Shown: positions 23,031-35,510 of the stretch, in pieces
Position numbering within the stretch: the stretch's first letter is position 1
How the letters are laid out: each line of letters opens with the position of its first letter
Assembly: GCA_009914755.4 (NCBI GenBank)
Contig: CP086569.2
Location: 22,048,001-22,112,000, forward strand
From: the human T2T-CHM13v2.0 reference genome, Homo sapiens
Direction: 5' to 3'
DNA: 64,000 bases
Program-made: the position numbers and the translations under genes
The notes under the pieces: generated by a model
What the model was told of the DNA's origin: nothing
The model's database searches: none
What the model saw: only the letters and a program-made list of their open reading frames with translations

Positions 23031-24242
23031 TGTTAGCTCCAAAACCATAAAAACCCTGGAAGAAAACCTAGGCAATACCATTCAGGACATAGGCATGGGC
23101 AAGGACTTCATGACTAAAACACCAAAAGCAATGGCAACAAAAGCCAAAATTGACAAATGGGATCTAATTAAACTAAAGAGCTTCTGCACATCAAAAGAAA
23201 CTACCATCAGAGTGAACAGGCAACCTATAGGAGAAAAATTTTGCAATCTACCCATTTGACAAAGGGCTAATATGCAGAATCTACAAAAAATTTAAACAAA
23301 TTTACAAGAAATAATTGAACAACCCCATCAAAAAGTGGGCAAAGGATATGAACAGACACTTTTCAAAAGAAGACATTTATGCAGCCAACAGACAGATGAA
23401 AAAATGCTCATCATCACTGGTAATCAGAGAAGTGCAAATCAAAACCACAATGAGATACCATCTCACACCAGTTAGAATGGCGATCATTAAAAAGTCAGGA
23501 AACAACAGGTGCTGGAGAGGATGTGGAGAAATAGGAATGCTTTTACACTGTTGGTGGGAGTGTAAACTAGTTCAACCATTGTGGAAGACAGTGTGGCGAT
23601 TCCTCAAGGATCTAAAACTAGGAATAGTATTTGACCCAGAGATCCCAATATTTGGTATATAACCAAAGGATTATAAAACATGCTACAATAAAGACACATG
23701 CACATATAATGTTTATTACAGCGCTATTCACAATAGCAAAGACTTGGAACCAACCCAAATGTCCATCAATGATAGACTGGATTAAGAAAATGTGGCACAT
23801 ATACACCATGGAATACCATGCAGCAATAAAAAGGATGAGTTCATGTCCTTTGTAGCAACATAGATGAAGCTGGAAACCATCATTCTGAGCAGACAATCAC
23901 AAGGAAAGAAAACCAAACACCGCATGTTCTCACTCAGAGGTGGGAATTGAAAAATGAGAACACTTGGACACAGGGCGGGAAACATCACACACTGGGGCCT
24001 GTCATAGGGTGGGGTCATGGGGGAGGGATAGTATTAGGAGAAAACCTAATGTAAATGATGAGTTAATGGGTGCAGGAAACCAACATGGCATATGTATATA
24101 CCTATGTAACAAACCTGCATTTGTGCACATGTACCCTAGAACTTAAAGGATAATTAAAACAAAAAACAACAACAACAACACAAAATTTTGTAGTTATGAT
24201 TAAACCAAAAGTAGAGCAAAAAAATAAATAAATAAATAAATT
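23031..24242 (+). mobile_element. L1 segment in sense: ORF2 C-terminus, 3' UTR and A-rich tail
   Basis: ORFs 23026..23259(+) ..[50 protein letters not shown].. and 23315..23662(+) ..[67 protein letters not shown].. 3' UTR ..gggtgcaggaaaccaacatggcatatgtatatacctatgtaacaaacctgcatttgtgcacatgtaccctagaacttaaag, then A-rich tail. Confidence 0.85.
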
Positions 24243-24533
24243 AGTTTCCACGTGTTGTGGGAGGGACCCACAGGGACGAAATGTAATCATGGAGGTTGGC
24301 TGTTCTTATTCAGGCTATTCTCATGATAGTGAATAAGGTTAATCAGATCTGATGGGTTTATCAGGGGTTTCCACTTTTGTTTCTTCTTCATTTTCTCTTT
24401 TCAGCACCATGTAAGAACTGCCTTTTGCCTCACATCGTTATTCTGAGGCCCCCTGACCATGTGAGACTGTAAGTCAAATTAAACCTTTTTTTCTTCCCAG
24501 TCTTTATCAACAGTGTGAAAATGGACTAATGCA
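24243..24533 (+). mobile_element. THE1 3' LTR, second part (after the L1)
   Basis: Resumes agtttccacgtgttgtgggagggaccca.., ending ..aaaatggactaatgca. Flank repeat aatttccacatg / agtttccacgtg gives a 12-bp TSD. Confidence 0.8.
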
Positions 24534-25197
24534 CAACACTCAGTTGTGCAAATGCCTACACATATCTATGGTTACTGGCACATGACCTTTACCTATATAC
24601 AGGTGGCTATACAAATACTTTAAAATGTTCTAGTGCACATTCATAAGAAACATTGATGGTTATTAAGGTTATCCAGACGACAGAATACATATATAATATG
24701 TGTATTTTAAATAAGTGTATGAGCATTTTATTTAAACACCTCTGTATTTAAATAATATTTTATATATACTACAAATATGTGTAATGTGTATATAATATAT
24801 TTTTTTCTTTCTGCTGCTAAAAAAGAATGCTGAAGATTGGAGAATTTGTGTTTAAAAAGGCATTTTATTACAAAGGCTAGGAAATTTGAGACTAAATCAG
24901 TAGCATCTGGAGAGGTTCTGGTTTCTAGAAAGCTGCTTCTCCCATGGGGAGAGACTTTGTGTTCTTGCATGAAAAAAGAGCAAAAAGTGAATCAATTTCT
25001 GCAAGACTTTTTAATGGCAACATTAATTCATTCATGAGGGGAGATCTTTAATGACCTATTGTGACCTACCTTTCAACACTAGTGCACTAGGATTAAGCAT
25101 CCATAACATAAAAATGGGAGGAGACAGGACATCATAGCATTCTGCTCCTGGAATCTCAACATGCATACCTTTCTCACGTACAAAGGTGGTTGACTAT

Positions 25198-25590
25198 TGA
25201 TATGGTTTACATCTGTGTCCCCACCCAAGTCTCACAGTGAAGTGTAATCCCCACTGTTGGAGTCTGGGCTTGGTGGGAGGTGATTGGATAATAAAAATGA
25301 TTTCTTATGGTTTAATGCCATCTGCCTTGGTATTAACATGACAATCATGAGTTCTCATGAGATCTGGTTTTTAGAGATGTGTGGCATCTTCCCTTACCCC
25401 TTTTGTTCTGTTCCTTCCATGTAAGATGCCTGCTCCTAGTATGCCTTCTACCATGAGTCAAAGGTCCCTGAGGCCTACCCAGAAGCAGATGCTACCATGC
25501 TTCCTGTTAGTTGATTAAGCCTCTTTTCTTTATCAATTTTGGTTTCTCAAATATTTCTTTATAATAGTGTGAGAACAGATGAATATAACC
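25198..25590 (+). mobile_element. MST-type MaLR solo LTR
   Basis: tgatatggtttacatctgtgtccccacccaagtctcacagtgaagtgtaatccccactgttggagtctgggcttggtgggaggtgattggat.., ending ..gtgtgagaacagatgaatataa. Confidence 0.7.
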
Positions 25591-25806
25591 ATTGAAAACT
25601 ATGGGCTATGCAGATGGAAATTTATAAGTGAATTTTCTTCCTCCTCTGCCACCCCTGAGACAGCAAGTCTAACCTCCCCTCTTCCTCCTCTTCCTTGGCA
25701 TACCCAATATGAAGAAGATATGAGAGAAGACCCATTTCTGATATTCATACCCATTTCTCTATCAAATGATCACTTGCCCATACCCTTGGTGTTGTCTTCT
25801 CATTAG

Positions 25807-25807
<1 letters not shown>

Positions 25808-25843
<36 letters not shown>
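25808..25843. repeat. (ATT)n microsatellite at the L1 3' end (derived from the A-tail)
   Basis: 12 ATT units. Confidence 0.9.
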
Positions 25844-25844
<1 letters not shown>

Positions 25845-28800
25845 CTTTAAGTTCTGGGATACATGTGCAGAACATGCATGTTTGTTACATAGGTATACAC
25901 ATGCCCCCATCGATCAGTCATCTACATTAGGTATTTCTCCTAATGCTATCCCTCCCATAGCCCTCCACCCCCTGGCAGGTCCCGTCGTGTGATGTTCCCC
26001 TCCCTGTGTGCATGTGTTCTCATTTTTCAACTCCCACTTATTAATGTAAACATGTAGTATTTAGTTTTCTGTTTCTGTGTTAGTTTGCTGAGAATGATGG
26101 TTTTCAGCTTCATTCATGCCCTGTCAAAGGACATGAACTCATCCTTTTTTATGGCTGCATAGTATTCCATGGTGTATATGTGCCAAATTTTCTCTATCCA
26201 GTCTATCATTTACGGGCATTTGGGATGGTTCTAAGTCTTTGCCACTGTGAACAGTGCTGCAATAAACATGTGTGTATGTGTCTTTATAACAGAATGATTT
26301 ATAATCCTTTGGGTATATACCCAGTAATGGGATTGCTGGGTCAAATGATATTTCTGGATCCAGATCTTTGAGGAATCACCAAACTATCTTCCACAATGAT
26401 GGAACTAATTCACACTCCAACCAACAGTATAAAAGTGTTCCTATTTCTCCACATCTTCTCCAGCATCTGTTGTTTCCTGACTTTTTAATGATCACCATTC
26501 TAACTGGCATGAGATGGCATCTCACTGTGGTTTTGATTTGCATTTCTCTAGTGACCAATGATGATGAGTCTTTTTTCTTATGTTTCTTTGCTGCATAAAT
26601 GTCTTCTTTTGAGAAGTGTCTGTTCATAACCTTCACGCACTTTTTGATAAGGTTTTTTTTTTCTTGTAAATTTGTTTAAGTTTCTTGTAGATTCTGGTTA
26701 TTAGCCCTTTGTCAGATAGAGAGATGGCAAAAAATTTCTCCTATTCTGTAGATTGCCTGTTCACTCTTGATAGTTTTGTTTGCTGCACACAATCTCTTTA
26801 GTTTAATTAGATCTCATTTGTCAATTTTGGCTTTTGTTGCCATTGCTCTTGATGTTTTAGTTATGAAATCTTTGCCCATTCCTATGTCCTGAATGGTATT
26901 GCCTAGGTTTTCTTCTAGGGTTTTTTATGGTTTTAGGTTTTACATTTACGTCTTTAATCCATCTTGAGTTAATTTTTGTATAAAATGTAAGGAAGGTGTC
27001 AGGTTTCAGTTTTCTGGTTATGGCTAGCCAGTTTTCCCAACACCATTTATTAAATAGGAATCTTTTTCCCATTGTTTATTTTTCTCAGGTTTGTCAAGAA
27101 TCAGATGGTTGTAGATGTGTGGTGTTATTTCTGAGACTCTGTTCTGTTCCATTGGTCTATATATTTCTTGTACCAGCATGATGCTGTGTGGTTACTGTAG
27201 CCCTTCAGTATAGTTTGAATTCAGGTAGTGTGATGCCTCCAGCCGTGTTCCTTTTGCTTAGGACTGTCTTGGCTATGCAGGCTCTTTTTTGATTCTATAT
27301 GAAATTTCAGGTAGTTTCTCTTAATTCTGTGAAGAAAGTAAATAATAGCTTGTTGGGGATACCATAATTTGGACAGTATGGCCATTTTCACAATATTGAT
27401 TCTTCCTATCTGTAAGCATAGAATGTTTTCTCATTTGTTTGTGTCTGCTCTTATTTCCTTGAGCAGTGGTTTGCAGTTCTTCTTGAAGAGGTCTTTCACA
27501 TCCCTTGTAAGTTATATTCCTAGGTATTTTATTCTCTTGGTAGCAATTATGAATGGTGGTTAACTCACCATTTGGCTCTCTGTCTGTTATTGGTGTATAG
27601 GAATGCCTGTGATTTTTGCACATTGATTTTGTACTCTGAGACTTTGCTGAAGTTGCTTCTCAGCTTAAGGAGCTTTGGGGCTCAGATGATGTGGTTTTCT
27701 AAATATGCAATCATGTTATCTGCAAACAGAGGCAATTTGACTTCCTCTTTTCCTATTTGAATACATTTTATTTCTTTCCCTTGCCTGATTGCCCTGGCCA
27801 GGACTTCAAATACTATGTTCAATAGGAGTGGTGAGAGAGAGCATTCTTGTCTTGTGCCAGTTGTCAAAGGGAATTTCTCCAGTTTTTGCCTATTCATTAT
27901 GATATTGGCTGTGGGTTTGTCATAAATAGTTCTTATTATTTTGACGTACGTTCCATCAAGGCCCAGTTTACTGAGAGCTTTTAGCATGAAGGGGTGTTGA
28001 ACTTTATCAAAGGCCTTTTCTGCATCTATTGAGACAATTTTGTGGTTTTTGTCACTGGTTCTGTCTATGTGATGGATTATGTTAATGACTTGCATATGTT
28101 GAACCATTCACGCATCCCAGGGATGAATCCAACTTGATTGTGGTGGATAAGCTTTTGATGTGCTGCTGGATTCAGTTTTCCACTATCTTATTGAAGATTT
28201 TCACAATGATGTTCATCAGGGATATTGGCCTGAATTTTTGTTGTTTTTGTGTCTCTGACACATTTTGGTGTATTATAGTGGGCTAATAAAATGAGTTATG
28301 GAGAAGTTCCTCTTTTTCTATTGTTTGGAACAGTTTCAAAGGAATGGTACCAGCTCCTCTTTGTGCCTCTGCTAGAATTTGGCTGTGAATCCATCTGATT
28401 CTGGGCTTGTTTTTGGTTGGTAAGCTATTAATTACTACCTCAATTTCAGAACTTGTTATTGGTCTCTTCAGGAATTTGACTTCTTGCTGGTTTAGTCCTG
28501 TTAGTGTGTATGTGTCGAGAAATTTATTCATTTCTTCAACTAGAAAGTTCATCTGTGTAGAGGTGTTTATAGTATTCTCTGATGGTAGTCTGTATTTCTG
28601 TGAGATCAGTGGTGATTTCCCCTTCATCATTTTTTATTGTGTTTATTTGATTCTTCTCTTTTTTCTTTATTAGTCTGGCTAACAGTCAATCTATTTTGTT
28701 AATCTTTTCAAAAACCAGCTCCTGAATTCATTGATTTTTGAAGGGTTTTTTTGTGTCTCTATCTCCCTCAGTTCTGCTCTGATCATATTTATTTCTTATC

Positions 28801-29257
28801 TTCTGCTAGCTTCAGGATTTCTTTGCTCTTGCTTCTCAAGTTCTTTTTAATTGTGATGTTAACGCTCTCAATTTTAGATCTTTCCTGCCTTCTCCTGTGG
28901 GCCCTTAGTACTACAAATTTCCCTCTAAACATTGCCTGAGCTGTGTCCCAGAGATCTGGTACATTGTGTGTTTATTCTCATTGGTTTCAAAGAACTTATT
29001 TATTTCTACTATAATTTGGTTATTTACCCAGTAGTCATTCAGTAGCAGGTGGTTCAGTTTCCATGAACTTGTGCAGTTTTGAGCGACTTTCTTAATCTGG
29101 AGTTCTAATTTGTTTGCACTGTGGTCTGAGAGACTGTCTGTTATGATTTCCATTCTTTTGCATTTGCTGAGGAGTGGTTTACCTCCACTTGTGTGGTCAC
29201 TATTAAAATAAGTGTGATGTGGTTCTGAGAAGAATGTATATTCTCTTAATTTGGCTA
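25844..29257 (-). mobile_element. L1 (primate L1PA-like), minus strand: 3' UTR through ORF2 down to ORF2 nt about 610
   Basis: + strand begins ctttaagttctgggatacatgtgcagaacatgcatgtttgttacataggtatacacatgcc.. ORF 27682..28107(-) ..[114 protein letters not shown] is the RT domain. Confidence 0.85.
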
Positions 29258-29862
29258 GCATCATAATTACAGGATCAAAATCACACATAATGACATTAAC
29301 CTTAAATGTAAATGGGCTAAATATCTCAACTAAAAGACAGGCTGGCAAATTGGATAGAGTCAAGACCCATCAATGTGCTGTATTCAGGAGACTCACCTCA
29401 TGTACAAAGACACATACAAGCTCAAAATAAATGGATGAAGGAATATTTACCAAGCAAATGGAAAGCAAAAAAAAAAAAAAAAGAAAGAAAGAAAAAGCAG
29501 GGGTTGCAATTTAGTGTCTGATAAAACAGTCTTTAAACCAAGAAAGATCAAAAAAGGCATATAAAGGTATCAATGCAACAAGAAGAACTAACTATCCTAA
29601 ATATATATGCACTCCATACAGGAACATCCAAATTCATAAATCCGAATTCATTCATCCAAATTCATAAAGCAAGTTCTCAGAGACCTACAAAGAGACTTAC
29701 AGATTCACACAATAATAGTGGGAGACTTTAACACCCTACTGTCAATATTATGCAGATCAATGAGACAGATTGATGAAATTTTGTATTCGTAAGGATATAC
29801 AAAACTTGAACTCAGCCCTGGACCAAGCAGACCTAATAGAAATCTACAGAACTCTCGACACA
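29258..29862 (+). mobile_element. Inverted 5' segment of the same L1: ORF2 start to nt about 600, sense on + strand
   Basis: ..ttacaggatcaaaatcacacataatgacattaaccttaaatgtaaatgggctaaat.. is the ORF2 N-terminus (MTGSNSHITILTLNINGLNSPIKRHRLASWIKSQDPSVCCIQETHL). Confidence 0.8.
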
Positions 29863-29989
29863 TATCAATGAAAGGTGCTTTTTAAAAATTATGTGTTATA
29901 TATTTTTGGGAATACATGTAACATTTTTGATACACATATACGATATGTACTAAATGAATTGTGATAAATGAGATATACCTCACCTCAAA

Positions 29990-30430
29990 CCATTAGTTCT
30001 TTGTGCTAAAACACTGCAATTCTTCTAGCTACTTTAAACATTCTATTAGTTGTGTTTCCCTATAAGCTTTCTATTGTATTGTGGAATACTGAAACTTATT
30101 TATTGAATGTAACTGCATTTCTGTACCCATTTACCAACTTCTTTTATTGTTGCTTTCTCCTATCATTTCCAGGCTCTGGTAACCCGCATTCTTTCCTCTA
30201 GTTTTTTGCTTCCAAATATGAGTGAGAACATGTGGTCTTTCTGTGTCTGGCTTATTTCACTTAACATAAAGACATTCACTTCCACCCATTTTGCTGTAAG
30301 TGACAGAATTTCTCTTTCACATTTCTGAATAAGATTCCACTGTGAATATATGCCACACATTTTATCAACTATTTTATAGATCAACACAAGTTGATTTTAT
30401 ATCATGGCAACTGTGTATATTGCTGTCATG
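29990..30430 (-). mobile_element. old L1 3'-end fragment
   Basis: ..ttccaaatatgagtgagaacatgtggtctttctgtgtctggcttatttcacttaacataaagacattcac.. resembles L1 antisense ..cacctatgagtgagaacatgcggtgtttggtttt. Confidence 0.45.
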
Positions 30431-31439
30431 AATATAAGAATGCAGCTATCTCATCAATCTGCTGATTTTCTTTTTAAAATGTTTATACATACAAGCAACT
30501 GCTACATCATGTGTTAGTTAACTATTTCCAGGTTCTTAAATACATTCCATAAGTTGACCATAGTGGGTGTGCTGCTTAACCTTCTCAGAAATACACACAC
30601 ACACTCACACAAAATATATATTTTACATACTTATTATATAATGTATTATATAATTCATATATATGCATTCCATTTTATCTGCATCCTCATAAAAATTGGT
30701 ATTTTGTGTCTTTTTTCTAACAGCTACGTCAAGTAAAATTAACACTACTGAGGCAGAAATAATTTTATAAAGCCTTATTGAAAGCCGAACGTGATGAGTG
30801 ACCTCTGAAAGAAAATTGTAAGAGTACCGGAGGCTACTAGAAATCAAAAGGTTTTTATGGTAACGTTTAAAATGCTGGAGAGGTCTTTTCATACAAGAGT
30901 AATTCTCCTTTCATTGACAGGTACAATACAGGGGTTACAAATAATACCTATAGATTGCGACATACAGACTAAGAAATATCTCTGTGCAGGTCCGTCTGTA
31001 AAAGTTCACAGTTCAACTAATTTGAATTTAAATCAGCATTCTATTCAGTGCCTGCATCTTATACTTTAATCAATACTTATATTGATTAAATATAATTTAT
31101 AATTCAGGACAATTTAGGGCAATACATAATTCAGAGCAATTCTAATAACAGGTACTGCCTCAGCCAAAAATTTAAAAATGTGTGGTGAGCTGCAATGGAT
31201 ATTAGAGTGTCTTCAGATGCCTGACCGATGGCAGCTGACAGGTTTTGAATTGTATTCCTATTGTCACACTTCTGTCCTTGGATTTCATATTCTTCAAATA
31301 TTTTGATTGTGTTGTCACCACACACTACTAACCAAGTACTCTTAGTTCTGTAATGGTAAGGAAATGTGGGTCTTTCCATATTGTTATGCAAGAAAAAAGA
31401 GGTTATAAAATGCCCCATCAAGCATAAGCCTTCTATCTG

Positions 31440-31790
31440 CTAGAGATTAAGGTATAAATATGTCCATCGTTTTTTAGGAAGATCATTCCGTATGCTACAT
31501 AAAAACAAAAACCAGGGGTAGCACTGGTGATTCCTTCTAAGGTACCTTCATCAATAAATTCATCCTGAGAAGTGCTGGCAATGGCAAGTTAAACGGCTTT
31601 GTCCAGGGCAAGCCTTCCAGCATCAATTTTCACAACAGCCTGTTGATTTATATTGTTCACATAGTAGAGACATATTATATTTTTATTTTCTTTAACATCT
31701 TTTGTTAACCCATTACCACAAAGATTTAGAAGGTCACAGGGTGTAGCCTGGGTTACGACTAAAACCAAGGTTAACAAGAAATAAAAGATT
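31440..31790 (-). pseudogene. possible ancient relic of a roadblock/LC7-family (LAMTOR2/3-like) coding sequence; very tentative
   Basis: Minus-strand translation ..VVTQATPCDLLNLCGNGLTKDVKENKNIICLYYVNNINQQAVVKIDAGRLALDKAV*LAIASTSQDEF.. Compare LAMTOR3 ..ATDQGSKLGLSKNKSIICYYNTYQVVQFNRLPLVVSFIASS, about 35-45% identity over about 50 aa with stops. Confidence 0.2.
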
Positions 31791-32699
31791 AAAATGAGGA
31801 GATGGCAGTATCCCCATTATTAAGTAGTTGGACCTGAAAGACAATCAAGAAGGAGGTTGCTTTTAAATAACTGGTGACCTTAACTGTGATATTTCCACTG
31901 GTGTATATTTTACATAAATGAATCAAGGAATCACCTGGTGAATCCAACAATAAGGCAGGTTTTATCAAGTAGTAACATGTTGGAGTACTTTATCCCAAAT
32001 ATGACTATGTCATTATACACATTAAGACAGAGTAACAACTCTATGGAAGTAAATAAATGTCATATGCAAATCAGACATTTAATGTAACAATTGTGTAAAG
32101 TTCAAAGGAGCAATTATTTTTCAAAGCAGCAGCAATAGTCCAAAATTTTTGCAAGCTTTTGTATAGAAATCTAGCATACCAATAATCCTCGATTGAGAGA
32201 GTAAACTCAAAAGATTTAGCCTTTTTAAAATGAGAAACATGAATCTGTACATTTTAACTGTGCAGCACAAAGGTTGGTATGGAGTAACCCTCATCCCTTT
32301 TCAACGCAGATGGTTGGAATTCTTAACAAGATATGATTTTCAGTACAGAGTGTCAATGGTTTGTAAGTTGTAAATTTTTAAATCTTTTTCTCCTGGAAAT
32401 GAACTGTAGAAAAAAAACATTTCCAGCCAGCTATTATCTTCAAGAAATGTAAGAAGGAATTTATAATAATGCAGAATTTCACCTTTGTGTCCTGTTTGAA
32501 TTGAAACTAGGGTTTTATAATAACAGCATCATAATAATTGATATAGTTAACATATTTCATTTGAAATAAATTCATATGGAGACTTTTTTTTCCAGAAAAA
32601 AATCATAATATAAAATATGCTTGTGGTATCTATAATATACATAAAAACCAAACAACTAAAAAGCCTCAAACAAATAATTCCATTAAAAAGAAGGTGAAT

Positions 32700-35510
32700 A
32701 CATGTTTTTATAAAGAAGACATACGAATGGTCACTGGGGATGTAAATTAATGCTTAACATTAGTAAATATTAGATAAATAAAAACTCAAATCCCAATGAG
32801 ATATCATCTTACTCTAGTGCAAATAGTTGATATTATAAAGACAAGAAAATAACATACACTGGTGATAATGTGTAGAACTCTCATATACTGCTGATGGGAA
32901 TGTGAATAATTAAAACTACTATAAAAATAAGGAAATTTCTTAAGAATTAAAAATACAAGTACCATGTGATATAGCAACCACACTACTGGGCATTTCTCCA
33001 AGGGGAAAAAAAGTTAGTTTATTGAAGAAATACCTGTATTCTCTTGTTAACTGCAGCACTATTTATGATACTGCAGACAGGAAAGCAACCTATCAGCAGG
33101 TGAACAGACAAAGAAAAAGTGGAATATATGTGCAATATTAATATTATTCAACAATGTTATTCAGTCATCAAAACAATAAAATTCTGTCCCATTCAGTCAC
33201 ATAGACAGACTGGTGTTATAATGTTAAATGACATAAGCTAGTCACAGAAAGACAGATTCAGAATTTTCTCACTCATATAGGAAAATTAAAATCAGTTCTA
33301 ATGAAGACAACAGAATGGATTGATTTATGACTTCTAGACAAAAATGTGAAGACAAAATCTTTAAAAAACATATGGGATAGCATTAAAACATTACTCAGAG
33401 AGTAGTTTATAGCAGTAAATACCCTTATCAGTTAAAATAAAATTATAGTAGAGGAAACTAAAAGGAAAATAACAAAGTAAATAAAAATTTGTGAAAAAAT
33501 TAAAGTTCAGAGCAGGTACAAATAAATAGAGATTAAAAATTACAAAGCTACAAAAAAAAGGGTTGGCTTTTAAAGATGTAAATAATTGATAATTACCTGA
33601 CTGACTAAAAGACAGAAGCCAAAACTTACAGAAACAGAAAATAAGACATTATAAGTGTTACCACAGAAATAAAAAATATTATGACACTATTGTGAACAAC
33701 TATACATAAACTAAAAAATCTAGAATAAATTTATGAGTTACTGAAGCACACGACCTACCAAGATTAACTTATAAATAATTACAAAACTTATATAGATCAA
33801 TAATGAGAACCAAAGGTGAATTTATAATAGTCTTCTATCAATTAAAAGTTTAGGCCCTGATTGTATTATTGCAGAACTCTGCCAAATATATAAAATACAT
33901 ATGAACCTACAAAAGACTTCATAACACCTAGGTGATATATGGATATATCTCAATGCTGAAGGCATCACAGTAGTCAACTTAAAAATATAAGATAAAGCAA
34001 TAGTTAAAAAATTAGTAATAATCATAGTGTTCCCAGATCAAACTGAGGGTCAAGCTGCTATTTCTCATGGCCCAATAACGAGATACAGATGGAAGGAAGA
34101 GAGTTTTTATTTCAGCAACGGGTTACAAGGAGAAGGCCTGAAAATTATCAGCAGACCAACTCAAAGTTACAAAGTTGTCCAGAGCTTATATACTTTCTAA
34201 ATTATATGGCTATGTGTAAGTATGCAATCATCTAAAAACATAAATGATTAACTTCTTTTAATCTATAACGTAAGTTCTAAGTCCTGAAGACCTTCCTCTG
34301 GAGTCTCAGTAAATTTAATCAATCTAAATGGGTCCATGCGTTGGGGTGATTACTCTTATCTTGTCTCCTGCTAAATCATGGAGGTTTGGGGAGTTCTTCC
34401 AGACCTCCAATAAACTTGTTTTATCCTAAATAGATAGTTAAGAATTTCTTCAGTAGTTTTTCATGTGTTAGGGCCCGGAAAAAGCCAACACAAAATGCAT
34501 GGTGGGCTTTCGTCACATTCCAGCTTTTGAATAAGAGTACTGGCTTATATTGGGCTTATAATATTTAACTGAACCACTCAGCCAGTAGTGAAACAGTTGT
34601 TATGTGGTCATCTTATGTTAGTGAGAGCCAGCCTGCCGCAGTAGCACTGGAATAAAAGCAATCATGTACACAAGTGGAGCAAAACAGGAGCTCAGAAATA
34701 AATCCATGCATCTACCATCAACTGATTTTTCACAAGGGATTTGAGAAAAGGAGAACATCAAACTGTCTTAAGAAAAAAATAGTACCTTCAATGCAATGTG
34801 TGGGAAAACTGGATATTCACATATAGAAGCAGAAAACTACACTTCTATTTTAAGTAATGTTCAAAGGTCAGCTCAAAATGAATTAAGGATTAATATGACA
34901 TAAAAAACTATAAAACTAGTCAAAAAAGGCAAAAGAAATTTTTTTATAATGATTTTCTGGGCAGACTTTTTGGATGACATCTGAAAAACCCAGAAAACCA
35001 ATGAAGAAAATAAACAAATGTGATTACATCCAACTAAGAAGATTGTGCACAACTGAAGATACAACAAATAAAGTGAAGAGAAAACCTAACAAACATTTAA
35101 CGTATTTGAAAACTATGCATCTGGTAAGGGGTTAATACTAAGAACAAATAAGACATATAATTCAACAGCTGAACAAACAAACAAACAAAAAACACTAATT
35201 TAAAATGTTCAAAAGATGTAAACAGACAAACAGACTTTTCTCTGAAAATGACACAGATACTTCAAACAAATATATAAGAGAAATGCCACGAAAATCCATA
35301 AGGAAATATATCAAGTCACTTTAGTTGAGTGAATCTATTAGAAATATGGTGGATATTACTTTAAAAAAAAAGAATAAGTACTGCCAGTAACATCAGGAAA
35401 AGGAAGGTGTGGAAACTGCACAAAACACACTCTTGGGGGGAATGTAAATTAGTAGAACCAGTACAAAACACATTACATAGATTTCTCAAATAATTCACCT
35501 GAAAATTACC
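32700..35510 (+). mobile_element. old L1M fragments (ORF2 C-terminal regions, sense)
   Basis: ..aaatcccaatgagatatcatcttactctagtgcaaatagttgatattataaagacaag.. resembles the IKTTMRYH motif. 34700-35510 translates to an ORF2 C-terminal-like region (KWCWENW-type). Confidence 0.5.

Larger units (their letters stand above)
20469..24533 (+). mobile_element. THE1-type MaLR retrotransposon, full length (LTR-internal-LTR), 3' LTR split by an L1
   Basis: 5' LTR starts tgatatggtttggctgtgtccccacccaaa..ttgtgggagggac..aatcatggg.. The internal region matches MaLR-int. The 3' LTR restarts at 22362 with the same sequence. Confidence 0.85.

Noticed and set aside
27682-28107. 141-aa minus ORF with reverse-transcriptase motifs
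   Set aside because: It is genuine L1 ORF2 RT sequence, but a fragment of an inverted, interrupted L1 copy and not an intact gene.
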